A stretch of DNA of 64,000 bases from Candidatus Rokuibacteriota bacterium (GCA_044866005.1 JBIOTN010000067.1:1-64000), one strand, 5' to 3'; shown: positions 41,706 to 51,549, numbered from the stretch's first letter. Program-made: numbers and translations. Notes: generated from the sequence alone by a model not told the origin.

Positions 41706-43148
41706 TCAGCGTCGTACGCGCCTCGTAGGCAGCAGGGCCCGACTCAGGTGGCGATTCCAGCTCCCGTAGCGCTCTCGGATCGCGCCCCGGGGGAGCGCCA
41801 GGAGGATCACGGCGGCGCCGATGATCATGTCGTTCGACGTCGCACCGACATTCGAGCCGGCGAGCACCCAGGGCGCGACGACGAGCCAGGCCCCGACAAC
41901 GACGTTGACGAGGCGCAAGGGGCGGGCCACTTCCGCCGTCACGATGATGGCCAAAGTCAGGATCAACGCCCCTCCGATGTGGTCGCTGTCCGCAGCCGGG
42001 CCCTCGGCCTGGACCACGGCGGGCGCCGCCATCAGCCAGACGCCAAGCGCCGCGCTGACCAGGAGAGTCCAGGGAGCGCCGATCCCCCACAGCATGGCCG
42101 GGACGATCCGGGAGATCGGTGACCCGTAGCGCGGGGTTCGGAGATCCTTGCCCTCGCGCTCGGTCGTGCCGCCCACCCAGAACGTCCACCAGAAGGGCTT
42201 CCCCTCCCGGACACTCTGGGCGAGGAACTGTCCCATCGCGACGACCTCGTCGAGCGTCAGGGGAATCATCAACAACATGAGGAAGGCCGCCGCCAGACAG
42301 AGGGTGCACCACTGACCGACGATGACGGGCTGGAGAATGACCAGCACGATGTGGGTGATGCCGAGCGGGACGACGAGGATCCCGAAGAACGTCACCATCC
42401 ATGGCATCGTGCGCCACCGAGTCTGGCCGCCCATGTAGCCCATGAGGGCTTCGAACGTATAGGCCGCCGCGCCCAGCCCCGCGTCCGAGATCGGCCAGGC
42501 ACGCGAGACCTCCGAGTGGAGGACGCGCATGGTGCCTTCACCGAAGAACGGTTCCCAGGCGACGTCGACATAGCCGAGCTGGACGGCGGCCAGATAGCGG
42601 GAGATGAACCAGCCGGCGAAGGCGAGCGCGATGATGGGCGTCCGCTGGAGCCAGGAAGACGGATTGTACGTCCATCCGGGCGGGATCTCCGGGCCGGGCT
42701 TCATCATGACCAGATGATGGGCCGCGCCCGGCATCATGGGCACGAGCACCGAGAAGGTGATTGCCAGCGCCCCGACCAGGGTATCGTTGACGTAGGCGAC
42801 CGGGCGTGGCGCCCAGAAGAGGAGCGGCGCAAACTGCAGCCACACGCCGACGAGACACACCGCCCAGCGCCCCGCGAAATCCAGGCGCGGCAAGAGCGAC
42901 AGCGCGCCGAAGCACGCGAGCAGCGCCCCGCTGATCGTGTCGCTCCACGCGGTCGCCGCGCTTTCGTAGCCGAACGTGGCGGGACTACCGATCAGCCATA
43001 CGCCCAGCACCGCGTTCGTCACGTTGGTCCAGAGCCATTTCGCGCGCTGCTGCCGGATCATCTCCAGATGGTCTCGAGCGTGTTCCTGCACCCCGTCCCG
43101 CGGGAGTGGCGCGGCAGGGGCGGCGTGCTCGGGACCTCGCCGGCTCAT
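41706..43148 (-). CDS. VKOR-family membrane protein with SPW-type repeats
   Basis: PISDAGLG, QWCTLC, repeated GxWLxxxPW TM hairpins. Confidence 0.85.
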   Translation of the reverse strand: MSRRGPEHAAPAAPLPRDGVQEHARDHLEMIRQQRAKWLWTNVTNAVLGVWLIGSPATFGYESAATAWSDTISGALLACFGALSLLPRLDFAGRWAVCLVGVWLQFAPLLFWAPRPVAYVNDTLVGALAITFSVLVPMMPGAAHHLVMMKPGPEIPPGWTYNPSSWLQRTPIIALAFAGWFISRYLAAVQLGYVDVAWEPFFGEGTMRVLHSEVSRAWPISDAGLGAAAYTFEALMGYMGGQTRWRTMPWMVTFFGILVVPLGITHIVLVILQPVIVGQWCTLCLAAAFLMLLMIPLTLDEVVAMGQFLAQSVREGKPFWWTFWVGGTTEREGKDLRTPRYGSPISRIVPAMLWGIGAPWTLLVSAALGVWLMAAPAVVQAEGPAADSDHIGGALILTLAIIVTAEVARPLRLVNVVVGAWLVVAPWVLAGSNVGATSNDMIIGAAVILLALPRGAIRERYGSWNRHLSRALLPTRRVRR

Positions 43149-43163
43149 CGGGCTCTCGCGGCT

Positions 43164-44243
43164 CTAAGCGGCCGTCCGGTCGAGCGATGACGGCGGCTCG
43201 AGCTTGTTCGCGCGATACCAGCCGAGGGGGTCGGCCTCGAGCGCGGCGATCATCTTGGGGAGCGTGCCTCCGAGCGAACGCTTCGGCTCCCAGCCGAGCA
43301 GGGTGCGCGCCCGGGTGATGTCGAGGGCGTAATGGTCGTCGGCGAGGTCGATCATCCACGGCTTGATGAACGGCTCGTCGCCCAGGGGCATCTGATCCTG
43401 GACCCAGGCGCCGGCCTTGGCCAGGGCCTTCGGGATCTCGCGCGTCTCCCACTCTTCCCCGTGGATCAGCCGACCGAGCGTGTGTTGCAGCTCGTCGTAG
43501 CTGAGCGTCGCCGGCTCTCCCACGAGCAGCGGCAGCTCCGGCGGCAGCTCGGCCCGGCGCTCGACGACCCTGAGGAAGGCCTCCACCAGATCCTCGAGGT
43601 GGACGAACGCCTGTCCGTGCGAGATGGCGCCGGGAAAGACGCGACTCGTGACCCGGCGCTCGTAGATCCGCTGAATCTGGCGCGCGAGCGGGATCGAGTG
43701 GCACCGGTCATCGTAGACGCCGGCGATCCGCAGGAGCACCGCGGGGATGTCACCGCGCTCGGCGCGGATGAGTCGCTCGGTCGTGACTTTCGACTCGGGG
43801 TAGTCCCACTTGGGCTCGAGCGGCCAATCTTCGTTGATGCGCTGACCGGGTGCGCAAGGCGCATGGACGAGCATGGTGCTGGAGAACACGAACTGCTCGA
43901 CCTGGAAGCGCTTGACGGCCCGAAGCAGCCGCTCGGTTCCTCGGATCGTAATCTCCTCGTATTTCGGGCTCGGCTCGCCGGAGAAGTCGTAGTACGCGGC
44001 GAGGTGGATGATCGAGGCGACGCGCTCGCCGTGGCGGGCGCGGACGCCGGCGAGGGCGCGGTCGACGCTCTCGTCCGAGGTGAGGTCGACGCGCACGCAG
44101 CCGGCGGTAGGTGGCGGCTCGGGCGGGTCGTCACGGTCGAAGCCCACGGTCGTGACGCGTTCGGTGAGCCTCTTGGCCGCCGCATAGCCGATGAGTCCGC
44201 TGCTCCCCGTGACGATCACGACCCCCGGCGATCGCGAGTCCAT
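43164..44243 (-). CDS. NAD-dependent epimerase/dehydratase family protein
   Basis: TGSSGLIG, HLAAYYD, YPESK. Confidence 0.88.
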   Translation of the reverse strand: MDSRSPGVVIVTGSSGLIGYAAAKRLTERVTTVGFDRDDPPEPPPTAGCVRVDLTSDESVDRALAGVRARHGERVASIIHLAAYYDFSGEPSPKYEEITIRGTERLLRAVKRFQVEQFVFSSTMLVHAPCAPGQRINEDWPLEPKWDYPESKVTTERLIRAERGDIPAVLLRIAGVYDDRCHSIPLARQIQRIYERRVTSRVFPGAISHGQAFVHLEDLVEAFLRVVERRAELPPELPLLVGEPATLSYDELQHTLGRLIHGEEWETREIPKALAKAGAWVQDQMPLGDEPFIKPWMIDLADDHYALDITRARTLLGWEPKRSLGGTLPKMIAALEADPLGWYRANKLEPPSSLDRTAA

Positions 44244-44268
44244 GTGGCCTCCACCCGCTGACGGATGG

Positions 44269-44610
44269 CTACGGTTTGGGCGGCTGCTTGCCCGGGCTCA
44301 TCATTCCGCCCGTCATGCCCCCCGAGCCCATGCGGCCCATCATCTCCATCATCCGGGTCATGCCGGCCATGACGTCGCCGTTTCCCATCTGGCGGGCCAT
44401 GCGCATCATCCCGTCCATCAGCTTGGCCGCGCGGCCGGACTGCAAGAGGTCCTGCATGGCGCGCCGGCCTTCCTCGCTCATGCCCCCGCCCTGCATCATC
44501 TCGACGCAGGCCGCCTGGGGGTCGGCCGGCGCCTGTTGAGCGCGAGCGGTGGGGACGGCGAGCAGGGCCAGGAGCGCGGGTCCCAGGATCGTCACTGTCC
44601 GCAGTGTCAT
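44269..44610 (-). CDS. Secreted methionine-rich protein
   Basis: Signal peptide ending ARA; about 19 Met in the ~90-aa mature part; GGAGGA RBS. Confidence 0.75.
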   Translation of the reverse strand: MTLRTVTILGPALLALLAVPTARAQQAPADPQAACVEMMQGGGMSEEGRRAMQDLLQSGRAAKLMDGMMRMARQMGNGDVMAGMTRMMEMMGRMGSGGMTGGMMSPGKQPPKP

Positions 44611-44724
44611 GGTCGATCCTCCTGTCGACGCCGGTGCGTGCGGTCCGTAACCCTGCAAAGCGGGTACCGCCGATCGCCCGGTTTGCGTGCGCCGGGACGC
44701 GAAGGATGGTAAGCTACCGGCCAG

Positions 44725-45054
44725 ATGGGGAAGCGGAGTCACCCCGCCGTTCCGATGACCCCGGCTCTCGCCGCCGTGCTGGCGGTCGTGGTCGCCGGCT
44801 TCTGCCTCGCCATCGAGGCCGGGACGGCCCACGCCGCAGGCGACGGGTGTCCGGCCTCGGAGTCCTCGCCCCGGTTCTGCGCGCAGGCCGGTCCCGGCGA
44901 TCAGGCGGTTCCGGGGCTGACCGTGGCGGCACTGGTGCCGCCGCCGGGGCCCGAGCTGGGCGACTGGCTGCCCGTCTCGGCCGCGCCGCCGCCGGCCGTC
45001 CGCTTCCACGCGGACGTCTCCCGCCCCCGCGCGCCCCCGCTCCTTCCCGCCTAG
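44725..45054 (+). CDS. Small exported protein ending in RAPP (candidate arrest peptide)
   Basis: Hydrophobic N-terminus, two Cys after the signal, Pro-rich linker, C-terminal PRAPPLLPA. Confidence 0.6.
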   Translation: MGKRSHPAVPMTPALAAVLAVVVAGFCLAIEAGTAHAAGDGCPASESSPRFCAQAGPGDQAVPGLTVAALVPPPGPELGDWLPVSAAPPPAVRFHADVSRPRAPPLLPA

Positions 45055-45169
45055 TCGCTCGATCTCGCTCGTTGGGATACCGGCCGCCGCGGACGGCGGC
45101 CAGGCTCGAGACTCGTCGCTCGACGTCATCGGACGACGTGTCCGTGGGCGCGTGGCGGAGGCGTGAACT

Positions 45170-45718
45170 GTGCGCGTGCAGCGGATTGCAGGCGGTCGGC
45201 CACACGTGGGGCTCGTCCTCGCGTTGCTCGTCTCCGTCTCGCCCGCGACGGTGTCGGATGCGACCGACGTCCGGCCGGCCGTCGGGCATCGCGCGCCCGA
45301 TTTCGTCCTCCGCGATCCGGACGGCCAGCCGGTCGAGCTCTCCCGGATCCTCGGCGAGCACGCCGTCCTCCTCAACTTCTGGGCGACCTGGTGTCCGCCG
45401 TGCCGCGAGGAGATGCCGACGATGGAGCGGGCGTACCGCGACTACAAGGCGCGCGGGCTCACGGTCCTGGCCGTGAGCATCGACGCCGGCAGTGAAGCAT
45501 CCGTCAGGGCGAAAGTGAAGGCGTTCATGAAGGAGCTGAAGCTCACGTTCCCGGCCGTGCTGGACGTCGAGGGCGAGGTCGTGCGCCGCTACCGGCTGCG
45601 CGGCCTCCCCACGACGTTCCTGATCGACCGGACGGGCATGATTCGATCGGAGGAGCTCGGGTTCCGGGACTGGAGCGATGCCGCGGCGCGAAGGAAGCTG
45701 GACGCCCTGCTGAAATGA
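45170..45718 (+). CDS. TlpA/ResA-like thiol-disulfide oxidoreductase
   Basis: NFWATWCPPCREEMP, LPTTFLID. Confidence 0.92.
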   Translation: MRVQRIAGGRPHVGLVLALLVSVSPATVSDATDVRPAVGHRAPDFVLRDPDGQPVELSRILGEHAVLLNFWATWCPPCREEMPTMERAYRDYKARGLTVLAVSIDAGSEASVRAKVKAFMKELKLTFPAVLDVEGEVVRRYRLRGLPTTFLIDRTGMIRSEELGFRDWSDAAARRKLDALLK

Positions 45719-45728
45719 GTCCCCGCCC

Positions 45729-46496
45729 ATGGCGCTGATTCACGAGCTGATGCGGAGCTGGTACCTGGTGCTGAGCCGGTTGAGCGCCGCGCTCACCGTC
45801 CCGGTGAGCGACCTCGCCGACCGGATCGAGCTCCCGCTCCTCACGGTGCTGCTCTTCGGCGTGGTCGGCGCGATGGCGCCCTGTCAGCTCACGACGAACC
45901 TCTCGGCGATGGCCTACGTCGGGAGCCGCGCCGGCGAGGGCCGGCCCTGGCGCGAGACGCTCGCCTACCTCGCGGGGAAGGCCCTCGTCTACACGCTGGT
46001 CGGCGCCGCCGTCTTCGCGGTCGGCCGGGAGCTCCAGGCGGCGGCCATTCCCGTGGCCATGGCGGCGCGAAAGGCGCTCGGGCCCCTCATGATCCTCATC
46101 GGCCTGGGGCTGCTGGGGCTCTACCGGCTGCGCGGCTCGCTCGGCGGTCGGCTCTCCGCCTGGCTGCGGACCCGGGCACCGCAGCGCGGCGCGTGGGGCG
46201 CCTTCCTGCTCGGCGTGGCCTTTGCCGGGAGCTTCTGTCCCACGCTCTTCTGGCTCTTCTTCGGCCTGACGATCCCGCTGGCCCTGCGGAGCGCGGCCGG
46301 GTGGAGCTTCCCGGCGGTCTTCGCGGCCGGCACCACGCTGCCCCTCGTCGCGTTCGCCGGGCTGCTCGCGCTGGGGCGCGAGGCCGGCGGGCTGGTCGAG
46401 CGCCTCCAGCGCTCCCACGGGCTCGTGCACCGGATGGCGGGGGTGGTGATCATCCTGGCGGGGATCAACGACACGCTGACGTACTGGGCGCTCTGA
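45729..46496 (+). CDS. CcdA/DsbD_2-like multi-TM protein
   Basis: APCQLTTN and SFCP Cys pair, about six TMs. Confidence 0.75.
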   Translation: MALIHELMRSWYLVLSRLSAALTVPVSDLADRIELPLLTVLLFGVVGAMAPCQLTTNLSAMAYVGSRAGEGRPWRETLAYLAGKALVYTLVGAAVFAVGRELQAAAIPVAMAARKALGPLMILIGLGLLGLYRLRGSLGGRLSAWLRTRAPQRGAWGAFLLGVAFAGSFCPTLFWLFFGLTIPLALRSAAGWSFPAVFAAGTTLPLVAFAGLLALGREAGGLVERLQRSHGLVHRMAGVVIILAGINDTLTYWAL

Positions 46497-46526
46497 GACA
46501 CGGCACGCTGAAACGGAGGATCTGAC

Positions 46527-47030
46527 ATGTCGAGGATCGAGCGAGAGCGAATCGGGGCGGCGGGCGGGGAGAACGGCGCGGGGACGGCCGGCCCGGGTGG
46601 CGGCGCGCGCTACTGTGCCGTGTGCGGGACGGCGGTGGGCGGCGAGAGTCCCCCGATCGAGCGCTTCGGCGAGCCGTTCTGCTCCGAGGCGCACGCGGCG
46701 GAGTTCGTCGACCGGGTGCGGGGCGCCCGGGTCCAGGCCGCGGCGAGGCCGCCGGCCGCGGGCAGCGCGTGTGCCATGGGTGCAGGCGACGCCGCCGCGC
46801 CGGGACAGCGCGGGAAGGCGACCCTCGGGCGGGCGCTCTGCTGGGGCGCGCCGCTCCTGGTCCTCGGCGTGCTGCTGGTCGGCGGCACCGGCGCGCTGGC
46901 GGGGGCGGCCGGCGCCCTCCTGCCCGCGCTCGCGATCCTGGCCTGCCCGCTCGGGATGTACCTGATGATGCGCTCGATGTCGAAGATGGGCCACCAGGAC
47001 GACCGCGGCGACACGGATGGCCGGAAGTAG
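46527..47030 (+). CDS. TRASH/YHS-like metal-binding domain plus DUF2933-like TM region
   Basis: CAVCG...FCSEAH; LACPLGMYLMMRSM. Confidence 0.7.
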   Translation: MSRIERERIGAAGGENGAGTAGPGGGARYCAVCGTAVGGESPPIERFGEPFCSEAHAAEFVDRVRGARVQAAARPPAAGSACAMGAGDAAAPGQRGKATLGRALCWGAPLLVLGVLLVGGTGALAGAAGALLPALAILACPLGMYLMMRSMSKMGHQDDRGDTDGRK

Positions 47031-47097
47031 CGCCGGCCGTGCGCCGGGCGCGAGCGCTCGCCCTGACGGCACGGTCGAGTAAAAAGGGGCGCGACGC

Positions 47098-47718
47098 GTG
47101 AAGCTCTACGAGCGGTACGTGTTGCCGTGGCTGATCCACCTGGCCATGCAGACCCGCGTGCACACCGCGGAGCGGGCGCGGTTCGTCCCCATCGCCACCG
47201 GGCTGGTCCTCGAGGTCGGGGTCGGCTCGGGGCTCAACCTGCCCTTCTATGGCCCGAAGGTCGCGCGGCTCTACGCGCTCGACCCCTCACGAGAGCTCTG
47301 GCGGCTGGCGCGCCGGCGGCTGCGAGCGGTCGCGTTCCCGGTCGACTATCTCGCGGCCTCGGCGGAGCAGATTCCCCTGGACGACGGGAGCGTGGACTCC
47401 GTCGTGAGCACGTGGACCCTCTGCACGATCCCGGATCCCGCCAGCGCGCTCGGCGAGATCAAGCGCGTCCTGAAGCCGGACGGGCGCTTCGTCTTCGTCG
47501 AGCACGGACGGGCGCCCGAGCCGGGCGTGCGCCGCTGGCAGCAGCGGCTCGACCGGGTCTGGCCGCGGATCGCGGGGGGCTGCCACCTCGGCCGCCAGAT
47601 CGACGACGTGATCGCCGGAGCCGGGTTCCGCGTGGCGCAGATCGAGCGCGGGTACACGCCGGGCTTGCCCCGGCCGTTCGGATACCGGTTCAAGGGGCTC
47701 GCCCAGCGCCCCGACTGA
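47098..47718 (+). CDS. Class I SAM-dependent methyltransferase
   Basis: VLEVGVGSG, TWTLCTIPD, FVEHG, GGCH. Confidence 0.9.
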   Translation: MKLYERYVLPWLIHLAMQTRVHTAERARFVPIATGLVLEVGVGSGLNLPFYGPKVARLYALDPSRELWRLARRRLRAVAFPVDYLAASAEQIPLDDGSVDSVVSTWTLCTIPDPASALGEIKRVLKPDGRFVFVEHGRAPEPGVRRWQQRLDRVWPRIAGGCHLGRQIDDVIAGAGFRVAQIERGYTPGLPRPFGYRFKGLAQRPD

Positions 47719-47734
47719 CCAACGGGAGGAAGAC

Positions 47735-48637
47735 GTGCGAAGACGCATACTGAGCTGGTTTCGGGTCGTAGGAGCGGGGGCGGCGCTGCTCGGGGCGACA
47801 GGGCTTGCGTCCGCCGCCTCGCAGCATCCTGGCACGGCGAGCTCGACGTTCGAGCATGTCCACGCCCTGGCGATGGACGCCGAGGGCCGGACGCTCTGGC
47901 TCGGGACTCACGCCGGGCTCTTCCGGACCGAAGGCGGGGGACGGTCGTGGGAGCCGGTGGCGCTGCCTGTGCCGGCGGGCCACGCCGACATCATGACGGT
48001 GACCACCGACCCGGGCGATTCCCGGGTGCTCTACGCCGCCACGCACGATGCCGGGGTCTTCAAGAGCGTGGACGGCGGGGCGACGTGGAAAGCCGTGAAC
48101 GCCGGCCTCGGCGGGCTGGACGTCCACGGGCTCGCCGTCGACCCGAACACGCCGTCGAAGCTCCACGCCGCCGTGCGGGACAAGGGCGAGGGGATCTATC
48201 GGAGCACCGATGGCGGCGGCAAGTGGACGCGCGTGGACGATGGACCCGGCGGCGAGGTCAAGGTCCTGGCCTCGGTCAACATGCCGACGGGGATGGGCGG
48301 CATCTGGCTGTACGCGGGCACGGCCGAGGGGCTTCAGCGGAACCCCGACTGTTTCTGAGGGTGGAAGCTCATGGCGGGCGGTCTGCCCGCCGGAAAGACG
48401 GTGAACGGCTTCGCGGTGGATCCCACCAATCCGCGCCTGATGTACGTCGCGATGCGGGACGGCCTCTTCCGCAGCACGGATGGCGGCGAGAGCTGGAAGC
48501 CGGTAGGTAAGGGGCTCCGGGACATGGCGGTCGTGGTCGTGAACCCGAAGCGGCCGGCCGAGGTCTACGCGGCGACGACCGATGGGATGATCTACCGGAG
48601 CGCCGACGGAGGAACCACGTGGGAACGCCGGAAGTGA
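47735..48637 (+). CDS. Secreted BNR/Asp-box beta-propeller protein, putative selenoprotein (CFU, U208)
   Basis: HVHAL/DVHGL and SxDGGxxW repeats continue in frame on both sides of one TGA at 48356 (NPDCF-U-GWK). Confidence 0.8.
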
Positions 48638-50163
48638 CGACGCTGTCGCGGCGGGACTTCCTCCGCCTGTCGGGCGGGGCCGGGGTCGGCGCCGTGGCCT
48701 TCTCGCTCGGCGGCGGCGTGCTCTCCCGCGCGGGCGCCGCGCCGGCCGGCGGGCGGGGCGTCCGGGAGATCCGGCTCGAGGCGAGCGACCTCACGTGGGA
48801 GCTCGCACCGGGGAAGCGCGTCAAGGCCATGGCCTACGGCGGCCAGGTCCCGGGGCCGGAGCTGCGGGTCAAGGAAGGCGAGCGCGTGCGCGTCATCCTG
48901 ACGAACCGCCTCGCCGAGCCGACGACGATCCACTGGCACGGGGTGGACGTCCCGAACGCCATGGATGGCGTGCCGGCGGTCACGCAGAAGCCGGTGCCGC
49001 CCGGCGAGAGCTTCGTCTACGAGTTCGAGGCGCGGCCCGCCGGGACGCGCTGGTACCACACGCACGCCGACGAGCATCGGCAGCTGGACCTCGGTCTCGC
49101 GGCGCCGTTGATCATCGAGCCGGCGACCGCCGAGCCCTTCCCCTTCGACCGCGAGTACACGCTCGTCCTCGACGACTGGGCGACCGGGACGGGTCCGGCA
49201 TTGCCGCCGACGCGCGAGGGGATCGCCGGCGCGCGCGGCGGCATGGGCGGGATGATGGGCCGAATGGGCGGCGGCATGGGCCGCATGATGGAAGGGATGA
49301 TGGGCCGGGGCGGCATGGGCGGGATGATGGGCGGCCAGATGTCGGGACGCGGGCACGAGCCGGCCTACGACACGATGACGATCAACGGCAAGGCCTACCC
49401 GGCGACGACCCCGCTCACCGTGCGGAAGGGCGAGCGGGTCCGCCTGCGGCTGATCAACGCCAGCGCCGACCACACGCACGTGATCCGGCTCGCCGGCCAC
49501 CGCCTCCGGGTCACCCACACCGACGGCAATCCGCTCGTCCAGCCGGTCGAGGTGGACGCGATCCCGATCGCGCCCAGCGAGCGCTACGACGTCCTGTTCG
49601 TGGCCGATCGGCCGGGCGCGTGGTTCCTCCACTGTGTGCAGACCGGTCACCCGGGCGCGGGCGAGCAGGTCGCCGTGGTGTACGAGGGGCACGAGGGCGA
49701 GAGACCCGACCCGCCGGCCGGGGGCGTGGCCGGGCTCGACCTCTGGCAGTACGGGCTCGGCCGGGGCCGGGACGTGCTGCCGCGCGCGTGGGGGGGCGAG
49801 CGCGCGTTCGACCTCCTGCTGAGCGGCGGCATGATGGGCTCGGACGCCTGGACGATCAACGGCAAGCAGTACCCGCGCACGGATCCACTGCGCGTCCGGA
49901 AGGGCGACCGGGTCCGCGTCCGGTTCGAGAACCACAGCATGGAGGCGCACCCGATGCACCTCCACGGGCAGTCGTTCAAGGTCCTCGCCGTCAACGGCGC
50001 CCGGTACGCGGCCCCCATCGTGAAGGACAGCGTGGACGTGGACGCTCACATGGGCTCGGTCGTCGTCGAGTTCACCGCCCACAACCCCGGCGACTGGTTC
50101 CTCCACTGCCACAAGCCCATGCACATGGAGGGCGGCATGATCACCCTCGCCCAGATCGCCTGA
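48634..50163 (+). CDS. Tat-exported multicopper oxidase with Met/Gly-rich loop
   Basis: SRRDFL, IHWHG, WYHTH, HPMHLHG, HCHKPMHMEGGM; start may be 48619. Confidence 0.93.
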   Translation: MTTLSRRDFLRLSGGAGVGAVAFSLGGGVLSRAGAAPAGGRGVREIRLEASDLTWELAPGKRVKAMAYGGQVPGPELRVKEGERVRVILTNRLAEPTTIHWHGVDVPNAMDGVPAVTQKPVPPGESFVYEFEARPAGTRWYHTHADEHRQLDLGLAAPLIIEPATAEPFPFDREYTLVLDDWATGTGPALPPTREGIAGARGGMGGMMGRMGGGMGRMMEGMMGRGGMGGMMGGQMSGRGHEPAYDTMTINGKAYPATTPLTVRKGERVRLRLINASADHTHVIRLAGHRLRVTHTDGNPLVQPVEVDAIPIAPSERYDVLFVADRPGAWFLHCVQTGHPGAGEQVAVVYEGHEGERPDPPAGGVAGLDLWQYGLGRGRDVLPRAWGGERAFDLLLSGGMMGSDAWTINGKQYPRTDPLRVRKGDRVRVRFENHSMEAHPMHLHGQSFKVLAVNGARYAAPIVKDSVDVDAHMGSVVVEFTAHNPGDWFLHCHKPMHMEGGMITLAQIA

Positions 50164-50236
50164 CGATGTCGGACGGACGGCGAGGAGGCGAGGGCGGGAA
50201 GTCGCCGCATGGGCCGCTCGGGAGGAGGCCGACACC

Positions 50237-50812
50237 GTGAACCTGTCACGCTGGGGTTGGGGTTCCCGCGCCTCCCGGCTCGGATTGTTGGTGCTGGTGG
50301 GCCTGGCGGCGCCGGCGCTCGCGGCCTCGGGGCCCGGCGACGCGCCCAGGGACCCCTTCGACACCATGGGCGTGCACCGTCCGGCGGAGCCGGCGCCGGC
50401 TCCGGATCTGGCCTTCCGGTCGCTGGACGGTCGCGAGGCGCGCCTGCGCGACCTCCGGGGCAAGGTGGTCCTCCTCGGTTTGTTCCGGACCGACTGACCC
50501 AACTGCCGGCGGGAGGCTCCCGCCAAGGCGGCGCTGTATCGGGCGTTCCGGGCAAAGGGACTGGAAGTCGTGGGACTCGACCTGGGGGAATCGGCGGAGA
50601 TGGTCCGAGCCTTCGCGAGAGAGTTCCAGGTGACGTTCCCCATGTGGCTCGACCCCGCGGGCCAGAGTCCGGCGGCCCTCGGCGTCTACGGGCATCCCAA
50701 CACGATCGTCATCGACCGCGAGGGCCGCATCGTCGGCCGCGTCCGGGGCGAGCGTGACTGGGGCACCGACGACGCCCGACGTCTGGTCGAGGTCCTGTTG
50801 AGCCGCCGATGA
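50237..50812 (+). CDS. TlpA-like redoxin, putative selenoprotein (UPNC, U87)
   Basis: LRGKVVLLGLFRTD-TGA(50495)-PNCRREAP...HPNTIVIDREG; two track ORFs are the two halves of one frame. Confidence 0.87.
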
Positions 50813-51549
50813 CCCGGAAAACGGGGCTGGCCAGAATGCCGCGAGCGGCGTGGCTCGCCGGCCTCGTCGTCCTGCACGCCGCCGTCGCCGCCGTGGCGAC
50901 GTGGATGGCGGTCACCGGGCAATGGCCCCGCGCGCTGGGGCTCGGAGCGGCCGGCGAGTCCACGCCGGCGACCCTGGAGACGCTCGGCCGGTACGGCGAA
51001 CTGCCGGACTTCCGGCTGACCGAGCGGAGCGGCGACAGTGTGAGCCGGGCCGACCTGCTCGGGAAGGTCTGGGTGGCGAACTTCGTCTACACGCAGTGCA
51101 CCGAGACGTGCCCGCTGCAGACGGCCGAGATCGCGCGACTCCAGGCCGAGTTCGTGGGGGAGGCGGACTTCCGGCTCGTCTCGATCACCGTGGACCCCGA
51201 GCGGGATGACACGGCGGCCCTGTCGCGCTACGCGGAGCGCTACGGAGCGGACAGGCAGCGCTGGCTGTTCCTCACCGGGGACAAACGCGCGATCTACCGC
51301 CTCGCCAAGGACGGCTTCCGCCTGGGCGTCGTCGATCCCGACGACCCCGGAGCGAGCCAGACGAGCCTTCTCCACTCCTTCTCACCGGCCGCGGCGTGGG
51401 CGACCCACGGCTCCCAGGGCCTGATCATGCACAGCTCCCGGTTGGTGGTCGTGGACCGGACCGCGACGATCCGCGCCTATCACCTCCCCGACGACCCGCA
51501 ATCGCTCGCTCGTCTCCGGCGGAACGTGCGGAGCGTGCTCCACCCGTGA
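50809..51549 (+). CDS. SCO family copper chaperone
   Basis: FVYTQCTETCP, ITVDPERD, WLFLTG, MHSSR. Confidence 0.9.
   Translation: MTRKTGLARMPRAAWLAGLVVLHAAVAAVATWMAVTGQWPRALGLGAAGESTPATLETLGRYGELPDFRLTERSGDSVSRADLLGKVWVANFVYTQCTETCPLQTAEIARLQAEFVGEADFRLVSITVDPERDDTAALSRYAERYGADRQRWLFLTGDKRAIYRLAKDGFRLGVVDPDDPGASQTSLLHSFSPAAAWATHGSQGLIMHSSRLVVVDRTATIRAYHLPDDPQSLARLRRNVRSVLHP

Noticed and set aside
49238..49345. Repeated ggcatg/gatg units
   Set aside because: Coding Met/Gly loop of the multicopper oxidase, not a CRISPR array or DNA-level repeat.
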